Shown: positions 21,441-33,790 of the stretch, in pieces
How positions within the stretch are numbered: position 1 is the stretch's first letter
How the letters are laid out: each line of letters starts with the position of its first letter
NCBI RefSeq assembly: GCF_031769215.1
Contig: NW_026782328.1
Location: 1,488,001-1,552,000 of the forward strand
Source: Ylistrum balloti
Lineage: Eukaryota
Length of the DNA: 64,000 bases
Direction: 5' to 3'
Notes under the pieces: model-generated
Seen by the model: only the letters and a program-made list of their open reading frames with translations
Database searches by the model: none
What the model was told of the DNA's origin: nothing
Program-made: the position numbers and the translations under genes

Positions 21441-24260
21441 GACCCGTAAAACTATTAATGGTGTAACACAAACAGGAATCACAACTCATGCTCAGACCCA
21501 TAAAACTATTAATGGTGTAGTTAGAACTCTTGCTCAGACCCATAAAACTAGTAATGGTGTAACACAAACAGGAATCACAACTCATGCTCAGACCAGTAAA
21601 ACTATTAATGGTGTAACACAAACAGGAATCACAACTCATGCTCAGACCCGTAAAACTATTAATGGTGTAACACAAACAGGAATCACAACTCATGCTCAGA
21701 CCCGTAAAACTATTAATGGTGTAACACAAACAGGAATCACAACTCATGCTCAGACCCGTAAAACTATTAATGGTGTAGCACAAACAGGAATCACAACTCA
21801 TGCTCAGACCCGTAAAACTATTAATGGTGTAGCACAAACAGGAATCACAACTCATGCTCAGACCCGTAAAACTATTAATGGTGTAGCACAAACAGGAATC
21901 AGAACCCTTGCTCAGACACATAAAACTATTAATGGTGTAACACAAACAGGAATCACAACTCATGCTCAGACCCGTAAAACTATTAATGGTGTAACACAAA
22001 CAGGAATCACAACTCATGCTCAGACCCGTAAAACTATTAATGGTGTAACACAAACAGGAATCACAACTCATGTAAAACTATTAATGGTGTAACACAAACA
22101 ACCCGTAAAACTATTAATGGTGAAACACAAACAGGAATCACAACTCATGCTCAGACGTAAAACTATTAATGGTGTAACACAAACAGGAATCACAACTCAT
22201 GCTCAGACCCGTAAAACTATTAATGGTGTAACACAAACAGGAATCACAACTCATGCTCAGACCCGTAAAACTATTAATGGTGTAACACAAACAGGAATCA
22301 CAACTCATGCTCAGACCCCTAAAACTATTAATGGTGTAACACAAACAGAATCACAACTCATGAACCCGTAAAACTATTAATGGTGTAACACAAACAGGAA
22401 TCACAACTCATGCTCAGACCCGTAAAACTATTAATGGTGTAACACAAACAGGAATCACAACTCATGCTCAGACCCGTAAAACTATTAATGGTGTAACACA
22501 AACAGGAATCACAACTCATGCTCAGACCCGTAAAACTATTAATGGTGTAGCACAAACAGGAATCAGAACCCTTGCTCAGACCCATAAAACTATTAATGGT
22601 GTAACACAAACAGGAATCACAACTCATGCTCAGACCCGTAAAACTATTAATGGTGTAACACAAACAGGAATCACAACTCATGCTCAGACCCGTAAAACTA
22701 TTAATGGTGTAACACAAACAGGAATCACAACTCATGCTCAGACGTAAAACTATTAATGGTGTAACACAAACAGGAATCACAACTCATGCTCAGTAATGGT
22801 GTAACACAAACAGGACTATTAATGGTGTAACACAAACAGGAATCACAACTCATGCATCAGACCCGTAAAACTTAATGGTGTAACACAAACAGGAATCACA
22901 ACTCATGCTGTAAAACTATTAATGGTGTAACACAAACAGGAATCACAACTCATGCTCAGACCCGTAAAACTATTAATGGTGTAACACAAACAGGAATCAC
23001 AACTCATGCTCAGACCCGTAAAACTATTAATGGTGTAACACAAACAGGAATAAAACTATTAATGGTGTAACACAACAGGAATCATGCTCAGACCCGTAAA
23101 ACTATTAATGGTGTAACACAAACAGGAATCACAACTCATGCTCAGACCCGTAAAACTATTAATGGTGTAACACAAACAGGAATCACGTAAAACTATTAAT
23201 GGTGTAACACAAACAGGAATCACAACTCATGCTCAGACCCGTAAAACTATTAATGGTGTAACACAAACAGGAATCACAACTCATGCTACGTAAAACTATT
23301 AATGGTGTAATTAATTGTGTAACACAAACAGGAATCACAACTCATGCTCAGACCCGTAAAACTATTAATGGTGTAACACAAACAGGAATCACAACTCATG
23401 CTCAGACCCGTAAAACTATTAATGGTGTAACACAAACAGGAATCACAACTCATGCTCAGACCCGTAAAACTATTAATGGTGTAACACAAACAGGAATCAC
23501 AACTCATGCTCAGACCCGTAAAACTATTAATGGTGTAACACAAACAGGAATCACAACTCATGCTCAGACCCGTAAAACTATTAATGGTGTAACACAAACA
23601 GGAATCACAACTCATGCTCAGACCTGTAAAACTATTAATGGTGTAACACAAACAGGAATCAGAACCCATGCGTAAAACTATTAATGGTGTAGCACAAACA
23701 GGAATCACAACTCATGCTCAGACCCATAAAACTATTAATGGTGTAACACAAACAGGAATCACAACTCATGCTCAGACCCGTAAAACTATTAATGGTGTAA
23801 CACAAACAGGAATCACAACTCATGCTCAGACACGTAAAACTATTAATGGTGTAACACAAACAGGAATCACAACTCATGCTCAGCGTAAAACTATTAATGG
23901 TGTAACACAAACAGGAACAACTCATGCTCAGACCCGTAAAACTATTAATGGTGTAACACAAACAGGAATCACAACTCATGCTCAGACCCGTAAAACTATT
24001 AATGGTGTAACACAAACAGGTAACACAAACAGGCTCAACACAAACAGGAATCACAACTCATGCTCAGAACGTAAAACTATTAATGGTGTAACACAAACAG
24101 GAATCACAACTCATGCTCAGACCCGTAAAACTATTAATGGTGTAACACAAACAGGAATCACAACTCATGCTCATACCTGTAAAACTATTAATGGTGTAAC
24201 ACAAACAGGAATCACAACTCATGCTCAGACCCGTAAAACTATTAATGGTGTAGCACAGTT
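21441..24260. repeat. 54-bp minisatellite, about 50 copies
   Basis: The unit is ACCCGTAAAACTATTAATGGTGTAACACAAACAGGAATCACAACTCATGCTCAG. The middle of the array has many small indels. Confidence 0.97.
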
Positions 24261-26086
24261 AGGAATCAGAAAACTTGCTCGTTTTGAAAGTTCAATTTGT
24301 CAACAACACACTAACATACTTTCATTTAATTCAATGACAAAGCATCTCATATAATTTGTTATGCTATTTCATTGCTTTCAAGTTAATTTTCCAGATACCT
24401 ATGGATTCCAGACTGAAGATTATTGGATACTACAGAAGTGAGTAGACATTGGAATCACAGCTGATTAAATATCCATATTCCATTATTCTAAATGAAATTA
24501 AATGCTAAAATTCGGAAATTAAACAAAATATAAGTGTAAATTTCTTGACACCGATGTCAAAATAACGTTTTAACACATTGCATTAAAAGTACACAACATA
24601 TTTTTTGTCTAAAAAGTAACAAAACGAAAAACAGCCTGCTATCAATAAAAATTGTTCTACACAACAGTAATCTTTAGATTTTACATATATCAGGTTCAGC
24701 AATTGACAATGATCCCTTCTGTACTTAAAGTAACAATATCAAGAATTGTTTTAGATGGACCCAGGAATGTTGATTTCACAGTACTTCATCTGATGATGGT
24801 AGTCCAAAAGAGGTCAATCATGGTAGTCCAAAAGAGGTCAATGAAACAGAATTATTATATAAAACATTTCAAAAAGAACACACTTTTATGGTTGAAAACG
24901 TTTTATTCAAAACGAAACATAAAATTGGGTCAAAATAGTTGATCAACATAACATACACGGTTACAAAACATGGCAATTTGCATATATAAGAAAGAAATAT
25001 GCAAATATATTTACATTTTGAAATCAAGAGTCAAATTTAAAAGAATTCATGCCATCCTAATCAAAAGATACATGTACTAAACATACCATTCTAGTTATGT
25101 TTTGTTTTCAAACGAAAAATAAAATAAATTCCTGCTACTATAATAATGTTCAATCATTTTCAGTATTGATTAAAAGTTATTTAATTTCGATAAAATTATT
25201 TCCAACATGTTTTTCCATTACTTAAGTACATCAAATGTTAAACTGACCATCACAAACAGATAGCCATACTGTATATAACATGTGGTACCAACATCTCTGG
25301 TTCCTGGGAACTCCACTCAGGGCCCCCACTATAATAGTTTTAGGGGGCGGAGTCAGGGTATTTACAGATGTTAATCTCCCAAAGCCACACAGAGACTGTA
25401 CACATGTACCCCATGAAGCCACACGAGGATTTAGCATCATTAAAATAATACATATACAGAAATAAAACATTTGAATGAACAAAATGAGTTGACAACATAA
25501 ACAATGGAAAAGGGAAAAATCTTTCAAGTAATAAAGAGAACAGCATTAGGTTTTGTTGGTGTTTACTTCTGATCAATTTACTTACAGTCTGAAACCCATT
25601 CCCACAGAAAACTTTACATCCCTTTAGCCAAAAGCAGACATACTGCCGTGCAAGCTTTATTTCTCCTTTAAATGGCAAGACTTTCTGGCACAGAAACACA
25701 GCAAACATTCAATGCAGACAAAGAGTCAAATAGATATAGGATATTTCTATACTGTTTAAACTCTATCTATGCACTTATCTAAAAGTATATAGAAATTATA
25801 GCACTTTGTTTTAAACTTCAAAAACAGAATTACATATTTTACACAGACTAAAAACAAAAATAATTTGCTGTAATAACCTGGATAAACAAGATCCTAAGTT
25901 CTATTACTACAACTCTTGAACAGGATATCCTGCTCTGTATTAACAAAGCTCAAAAGATACAGGATTGTGCCGGGTACATTCAAAACAAAATCTTTGACAA
26001 TTTACAACAAGAACAAAACTTTGACAATTTACGAGAAGAAATAATTAACAAAGTACAATTCCACTCATGTTCTGTAATATTAATAG

Positions 26087-26270
26087 ATGACAAATAGCTG
26101 TCAATTTGTACAGTTGTATGGACTTCTTAGAAGTCAAATAGCTGTGTCCATTTGTACAGCTGTGTAGACTACAAAGAAGTCAAATAGCCTTGTCCATTTG
26201 TACAGCTGTGGATTAATACAGATGTCAAATAGCTGTGTCCATTTGTACAGCTGTGTAAACTACTTAGAAG
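26087..26270. repeat. ~45-bp tandem repeat, 4 diverged copies, abutting the stop codon of the CCCH-CHY gene
   Basis: GTCAAATAGCTGTGTCCATTTGTACAGCTGTG... units lie between 26087 and 26270. Confidence 0.8.
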
Positions 26271-29200
26271 AATGCCTCAGTTTGACATTTTTCTTTTTAT
26301 TTGGTTGCCGTTTCTCAGTTGCCTTCCTTGACACAGTTTTGTTCATATTTGAATATTTCTGTGAATCATTCCTGAAAAAGAAATAGTTTTAATAGAACAT
26401 GTTACAAAACTATTCAACGAAGCAACACTGTGATCATCCTTTGGCTTTTAGAATTAGAATTTACAAGCTCTTAAACGATAAAAGTTAACACAATAATATA
26501 TATTAATGATGATCTTGGTATTCATGAGATAGTTTGGAGTCTTAACTATTAAACTTTCACTACCTCAGAAACAATATGTTTTTACAAGGATTTTTAACAT
26601 CAGTATTTATGTAAAGAATGAATTATGTATATCCTGTTTTGGAATATTACACGAGCCTTACTTGTTGGCTGATGTTTCCCAAAAAACACCCACACAAACA
26701 AATCTTGAACTGATCCATAAGTCCCCTTGTCTGATGTGACAAATAAAATGTTATAAAATGAAATTGAATTTAATAGATAACTCACTTGTTCATGCGGATC
26801 TTGTCCCGACAGCCCATTCCGCCCTCCCAGTGAGAAGTGGTTGTCTTTGTCATAGAGTGACCACAAGATATGCATGGTTTCTCCAAAGCAAATGGCTGCT
26901 CCCGACAACAAAATCCACAGATCATCCGATTGGCTAGCAACATCTCATGTCCATCCTCCCCCTCCTCATGACACAGGTCACAAGCATAACATTTTCCACA
27001 ACAGGGAAATCTGTAGGGAGAATGAAACAAAACTTTCAATAGGGAGTCTGGAGGCAAATGAATAAATGAATAAACTCTATAAACTCAAATCCAAAACAGC
27101 AAATTAGGCCAACTTTGCAAAAAAGAAAATTTAAGAAGATCATTTTAATAACTGGAATCACTATCTTTATAGACACAGTAAGTGAAACAGTTTCCATACA
27201 CAATGTATCACAGACTTTGAATTATTAGAACGCTCTAAGAAAAATGGTTTTCAAAGAAAGGATACAGTGGCAACACTATTAGACACAATGATTTCAGCAA
27301 TACTTCACCTTGCTGTGGGACTCCCAAATAGGTAAGGAGAACAACTATCACATAATCTACATATTTAATCTGTTTATACCTGAACCAACGGAAACTCTTC
27401 TTGTAGTGCTTGCAGGTGCCATTATCAGGAAGAGGATTGCCGAACTTGATGACGGGGTCCTGGACAATCCGTTTCACTTTCTTCACATCAACTTCATAAA
27501 CTTTTGTTTTCTCTGGGGAAAAAATTCATAAGTCAATAACTAATTTCACTGTACTATACATCTATAACAAATCTGTGTGTCTGGAATGGTTTTAAGAAAA
27601 AAAAACTGATTAAAAAAAAACATTACTTATACAGTAATGTCCAAATCAGGAGACATAACACTAGACACTAAAATACTTGTATACCAGTTTTTTTATGCAT
27701 TTACTTGTACTTTGTGTTGGTGAAAATATCTGCCATACTCTTTTAATCATTACTTGATAGAAAACATTACTACCCACCTGTCTCCACACCAGTAGGCAGC
27801 AGCAATGTGAACTTGGCATCTTCTGCTGCCACCCGGAGTTTCTGGTGGCATGACTTACACCATGTGTCCATTGGCTGACCAGGATACAAACTCTGTATGG
27901 ACAAACATATCCATTTTATAAACCGTGCCCGATAGATTTTAATTTTTGTCTTTTCACAATTATTGAATAAGATCTTTAATTGGTGTGCTATATTCTTTTT
28001 CTTCCTCTTAATCCATCTCTTTCATCCAATACCATACAATATAACATTCAACCTTAATTCCAATGTGAATGTTAACATTCATAAAAAAATAATTTAAATC
28101 TCTTTAGATGAACTTACATCAACTTTAGTCTCCTTGTTACAATTCATGCAACCAAGTTTGTATGCAGAGTCTTGTAGGAGGAGATCAAAAGGTACACATC
28201 CTTCAAGGTCTAGATAGCCCATGACTGAGGAGTAGGGATGCATAATGGCTGGTCTGAATGTCAACAGCATTTGGGAGTGACACTTGAAGCATGGAAGCAA
28301 GTTGACCCTTCCAACAGGGGTCAAGAGGTTAGTGTTGCTCTTACAGCGGGAACACTGGACAATGATCTTAATTTGTGTGTAGGTCATTGTCGAGACTGTT
28401 TCTTTCATCACAAGGTTGCGAAGTCTGATTTCTGTTCCTTTCCTTTCAGCATTTAGGTTGGCCTCCTCAAACTTTCCTGTTACGAGGTCCATGTCTTCAT
28501 CCTCATCCTCATCAGAACTATATGCCTCTGGACCTGTGAAAAATGAATGCGTTGCAAAAAATTATCTTAATTATAAACTTTATCTTAATTTTACAGTAAA
28601 TTGTTGATATAAGAACCTTTTTTGTAACTATCAAACTATGTCGAGTTAATGATGCAGAATTATATAAATTGACACAGACTTATTTATAAAAGTCAAGTAT
28701 GAAAAATGTAAACATAATTGGAGAATACACTGTCAGTTCCTTAAAATATCAGCTGTACTTTGGCAAGGGTGAAGAACAACAAAAGTGGCAAGTCTCTGGC
28801 AAGCCACTTTGAGCCATAATGCAACTAATATGTTAAGACAATGACCATATATTATATTTATCCTGCAACAGTGAATGGAAATCAGACCATCGAAAACTTC
28901 AACAGTTTTGTTGTTAACTCTTTAATTACCTGTCATTGATGTTATGCTGAATTTAGCCTGATAATGTATGCCAAAATAATTGCTCTGTACATGAAACATA
29001 CCTTTGTATACTTCCTCCTCATCTTTCTTTCTATAAACAACAACATTTTCCATCTCTTTCCCAGAGTCACTGTCTTCCTCACTTTCTGTTGTCTCTTCCT
29101 CTTGCGATCCTCCAGAGTTCCTTTCCCTTAGGCGATCCCTCAGCACGCTGGCAGGAATAAACTCAAAGCCAGCTGCCTTTGCCATCAATTCTCTTTGAAG

Positions 29201-31684
29201 CTGTGTATAAAGTACAAATAAGTATAATCTTATACATTCATTTGATCTTGTGTTGATCTACATCACAGGAAACAATTTGCATGATTACTCCTTTTGCTTA
29301 TGCTTTGATAATAATGTAAATTTTTTCACGTAATCTAACTCTGGAATGATATATAATCAACAATTTAAAGAAACAGTGCAATTGAAATGCAATATTATAC
29401 TTTGTGGAAATTATAGCATACATAATCATATTTTAGATTCATAGCAAGTTAAGGAACAATTTGCTTGTGTTTGAAAAGTTATTATATTCAATATCTAAAG
29501 TATTGAATGTATTTACCTGTCTGAGGCCTTCTGTAACAATCTCCTCTAAATCTTTGTCCAGCCAGTGAATGAAGGGACGGAATGTTAGCTCCAGAACTCC
29601 TCTGGTCTCCAATTCAGTCTCTCTATGGTCCAACCACTCACAGATAGAAGCCTCCACATACCTGTAAACATTGTAACCAACGTCTGAGTAACTCTTTCAA
29701 AAAACATCTACAATTAGGACAGCTCCTGTCAATATTTTCCAATGTATGATATACTTAATATCAGTGATTTTTGTGACTAAAGATATATGAGTCTTGGATT
29801 CATAAATTTCCTGTTGGATCCATTGTATGTCTTAGTAGTGGACCTCATCAACATTTTGGAAAATGTGTTCTGAAAAAATCTTACAAAAATTACTGGTTCC
29901 TCAGTGTTAATTCAGTTATAAACTACAATTACAACATTTGTAGTAATACTACTTGTAATAAATGATTTTCACAGTAGTTGCTTCTGCCTGCAGGATTATA
30001 TTAAAAAAGCAATTTTAATGACACAACAGTTTGACATGTGTATACGTACCTTCTCACAGTTTCAGGAAGGTCTTGGTCAGTTGGTAACTCTGTCTTAAAC
30101 ATCTGAAGATCAGATTCATACAGTAACATTACTTACATATCACAGTATCAAAACCATCGAATGCATGGAATTGTCTTACTTCTAACAGGTATATATTCTT
30201 AAAGACATCACTCAATAAAAATGAAACACCAACTTTGCTTTTAAATTACAAATATCCTTCACTGATTTATTAACTATAACATTAAATTTTGACAGAAAAT
30301 TATTATATTGGGAAGAAACTGTTCAGTGTCTATCTTCACTTACCTTGATTGGGTAATTTTGAGGAAATTTCAGTTGAATGTCGTATACATTGACATCGAA
30401 TGGCTGAAAAATAATTTACATATTTACTTAATATTGCTTCAAATCACTTCAAAACCTACCAACATTCCTCATTATTCATTACTTATAGGACTGGTCAGAT
30501 ATCTCATTTTCATTTATTTGGAGTATGCTTAAAGCTTGTACCACACGATGTGCAAGTTGCTGGTAGGAATACTTTATTTTTTTTTTATTCAATGTACATG
30601 GTATTCTTGCCACAGAGTTCAAATGAAATTAAGTGTGATCAAGAGTCTTGTGTATGTGTACAATACTTACCCAGTCTGGATCAGATGGTTTGAAGCTAAG
30701 ACGGTAAATGTTGTCCCCATTATCAGATTCTTTAATTGTTGTCAGTTTATCTGTTGGGAATCGTTTCTTCAGCTGCTCGATTTCTGTTGCTTGAAGTTTT
30801 TTGATGACTTCCATGCCAACTTTGTCACGCTTGATTTCTCTTTTTACTGTTGTAGGGATATATGCTGGTCTGGGTGTAACATGGACTTTGGAATCTTTTG
30901 GACATGTTGATACAACCTCCTCAGAAATTTTGTGTCCACTTTCCTGTGACATTTCATTGTCCTCTGTAGTCTTGTAAGCCGATGTACCACCTAGTTTTTC
31001 ATTTCCATGTGGATGATAGAACCTACACTTTGCTCCACTTCTACATCGACCAGTGATGAAATAGCGGCATGTCACTGGGGTCTTTGTTTTCCTCTCTGGC
31101 TTTGATCCATTAGGTCTGTCCACATGCGGTGTGGTTTCTGCTGCTAATTCAGGCAAAGTTTCCTTCACCTGTTTGGTACCTTTTTTCTCGCCATCTTGAT
31201 CCGATCTTTTCAGATTATATCCATGACTGAATCTGCATTTAGCACCAAATCGACATTGTCCATATTTATTGAACTGAAAGCAGGGCTTTGCTCCACTTTC
31301 ATTCTGACTTCCATTTCCTTCAGCATCACCTGAAGAAATTGGACTGTTTGACTCTAAAGCACGAGAAGGATTAACAACTTTGCTTTTCACTGGGCCATCT
31401 TTGTGTGTTCTTGTGAGACTTGAAGATGTAAATAACAACGCTGGAGAAACAAGCTGATCTGTGCTTCTTACTGTTTCTTCATGGCTGTGGTCCGTCGTCC
31501 GATTGGAGCAAAAGGTTGTTGACTGTGGTGGAGAGTCGACGTTCCTTCTTACTGTTTCATTTTGATTTATATTTGCTGGATTAGGAGGGGGAATAGTCAC
31601 GTGAAAAAACTTACAGTTAGTCCCAAACTTACAACCGCTCTCAGTATTGAAATAATGACAATTACTTTGAGGGTTATTGAACAT
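26260..31684 (-). CDS. Uncharacterised multi-zinc-finger protein: 3 CCCH fingers, a possible RWD/UBC-like region, an acidic tract, 4 CxxC pairs and a C-terminal CHY zinc finger; 823 aa
   Basis: complement(join(26260..26371,26786..27010,27380..27512,27778..27892,28118..28533,29002..29200,29517..29661,30050..30102,30344..30403,30671..31684)), 2472 nt. All introns are GT-AG and phases are consistent. CCCH fingers: CHYFNTESGCKFGTNCKFFH, CFQFNKYGQCRFGAKCRFSH, CRYFITGRCRSGAKCRFYH. CHY: GTCKHYKKSFRWFRFPCCGKCYACDLCHEE...HEMLLANRMICGFC...CISC. The start is taken as the first in-frame ATG (31684). Confidence 0.88.
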
Positions 31685-32814
31685 AATATGGTAGAACTTC
31701 CCTTGATTTGGTAAGTTTGACACTTCCTCCACGTTTCCCAACGAACTTGTCACTTTATAACCGTTCACTGGAATAGTCACAACCGAATTCGTGACCTTAA
31801 TTGGACAACGGACTTTGAACAATTTGGTTATGAGTGTTCACACTAACCAACACCAACCAGGTGAACTAAAAAAAAAGGGTGAAAATAAAAGTTTCTTGTG
31901 AAAAATGTAGAGGGGATCCCTCTTCGATGTGCTGTCCAACCCAGACGTTGGGAAAGGATATCTCGGCAAATGAAAACGGCGGTATATATACCTGCGCTGG
32001 GATATTGCACAACTCTTGCCACTGAGTGGTGCAATGTAATTTTAGTCGGGTATCTCTGGTGTTTTCATATCCTTCGCAAGCAAGAGTTCCGAATTATCGA
32101 CCTTGAACTTTCCCAGGCAGTCTATATAAAGAACCAACCGGTCAAATCCGGACGAGGAAATTGGGGCTCAGGAACGGGGTATTTTTTTATTAAAGCATAC
32201 ATGCTCAGTATAATTAGTATCGGAAATATTACACGTCAAAATTATTATATAGTTTACTTTTGATATCGTATGAGATAAATTCAATAATCTAGTAATTGTG
32301 CAGTTTCAAAATATGGATTTCCCCAAAATCAACGTTACAAACGATACACCCTTTTTATCTGTATTAAATGCCAGCTGTGAAGGTAGTTCTACATATACGC
32401 ACCCATTTAAAATGCGTAATATTTCTGAAAAAAAAATCAATACATTAAAATCATTTGTTAGATATATTTTTTAGTAAACCTTGTCCTCAAACAGTTTGAT
32501 TACTTTTTATGTTTAATAGCTTTAACACGAAAGATAAACTGATACACTTATATATATACATAAATATATATATATATAGTATATCAATATTATTACAAGA
32601 AATGTCTGTTGCACCTACGATTGTTTAATCTGTACCCAGTCTAAAAGTTGGATCTCATTTCATTTGATCATTGTTTCGGCTATTCATTTTCTGAAATTAG
32701 AAAATTCCTTTTAGGAAATATTTATACATTGTTAATGTTGATCTTTAAACGCCAACTTCAAAATGGTTGCTTTCCAGTCAATTTGTTTTTCATGATCATG
32801 ATCAGACCAAAAAT

Positions 32815-33790
32815 AAAAAGAGCTCATTAAGGGACCAAAGGGGACCCATATATGAAATCTTAGAAAGATTCATCAAAAGCTTCCCCGGAAATAGCAATAA
32901 TAAACTTTAATTGTCAAAATTCCAGATGGCCACATGACAGGCATTTTTTTTTTTGCTGATGAATCCCAGGATCAAAAGGGAAAAACTAGGAACCAAATTC
33001 AAGTATGAGAAAGATCCATTAACAACATCTTAATCCCAAGATATGACAATAACAAACTTTCAGTCAAAGTTTCAAGACTGCCTTTATTTGAAACCCCGAG
33101 AACAATTCATACGATACTTCACAAGAATAGCAGAAACAATTCTTCCTATTCAAACTGTAAGATGCCACCTGTCAATTATTTTCTTTTTTGATCAATCCAA
33201 AATTAAAAAAGACATGTCAGCTAGAATTAAAGGATAGCTGAGTTGATCATGAAAAATCTGTTGTGATAACAAACTGTCATTTTCAAAATTAAAGATGGCA
33301 GCCTGTCTGAAATTTTTTTTCCTGGTCAACATCAAAATTATATGGGCACAACTAAGTATCAGGGGAAAACTGCAAATTGAGTTTCAGAATTATTCTTTTA
33401 GTACTTCTCAAAATACAGCGATAACAAAATTCAACTTTCGAAATCCAAGATGACTGGCTGTCTGCCATTTTGTTTCCAAAACCAACTTGGAATTATATGG
33501 GCACAACTGGAGGCCAAGGAAAGCCTATACATCAAATACCAGAAATGTCCTGCCAGTTCTTCCAGGGAAATAGGGAGATAACTAACTTTGACTGCCAAAA
33601 TCCAAGATGGCTGCTTCGTGGTAATGGTGTTTTTCTGACTAGACACAGATTTGGATGGGCACGATAAGGGACTAAGGGCACACTCTTAATATATCAAATT
33701 TCGAGAAATATTCTTCCAGTATTTCTTAAGAAATAGTGATAACAAGGATAATTTTCAGGCAGATTATGTACCAATGACAAAGTCTGATTT
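32815..33790. mobile_element. Degenerate HINE/Helentron-like element with internal ~150-170-bp repeats; boundaries approximate
   Basis: It has repeated (AAT)CCAAGATGGC-type boxes (about 32921, 33291, 33444, 33601) shared with the 35966-36625 element. Confidence 0.5.

Noticed and set aside
17606-24260. Regular short repeats resembling CRISPR arrays
   Set aside because: The units are contiguous with no unique spacers, there are no cas genes, and the context is eukaryotic with spliceosomal introns.
31685-31822. 46-codon N-terminal extension of the CCCH-CHY protein from a TTG start
   Set aside because: The ORF track used a bacterial-style start. There is no in-frame ATG upstream of 31684, so this is probably 5' UTR.
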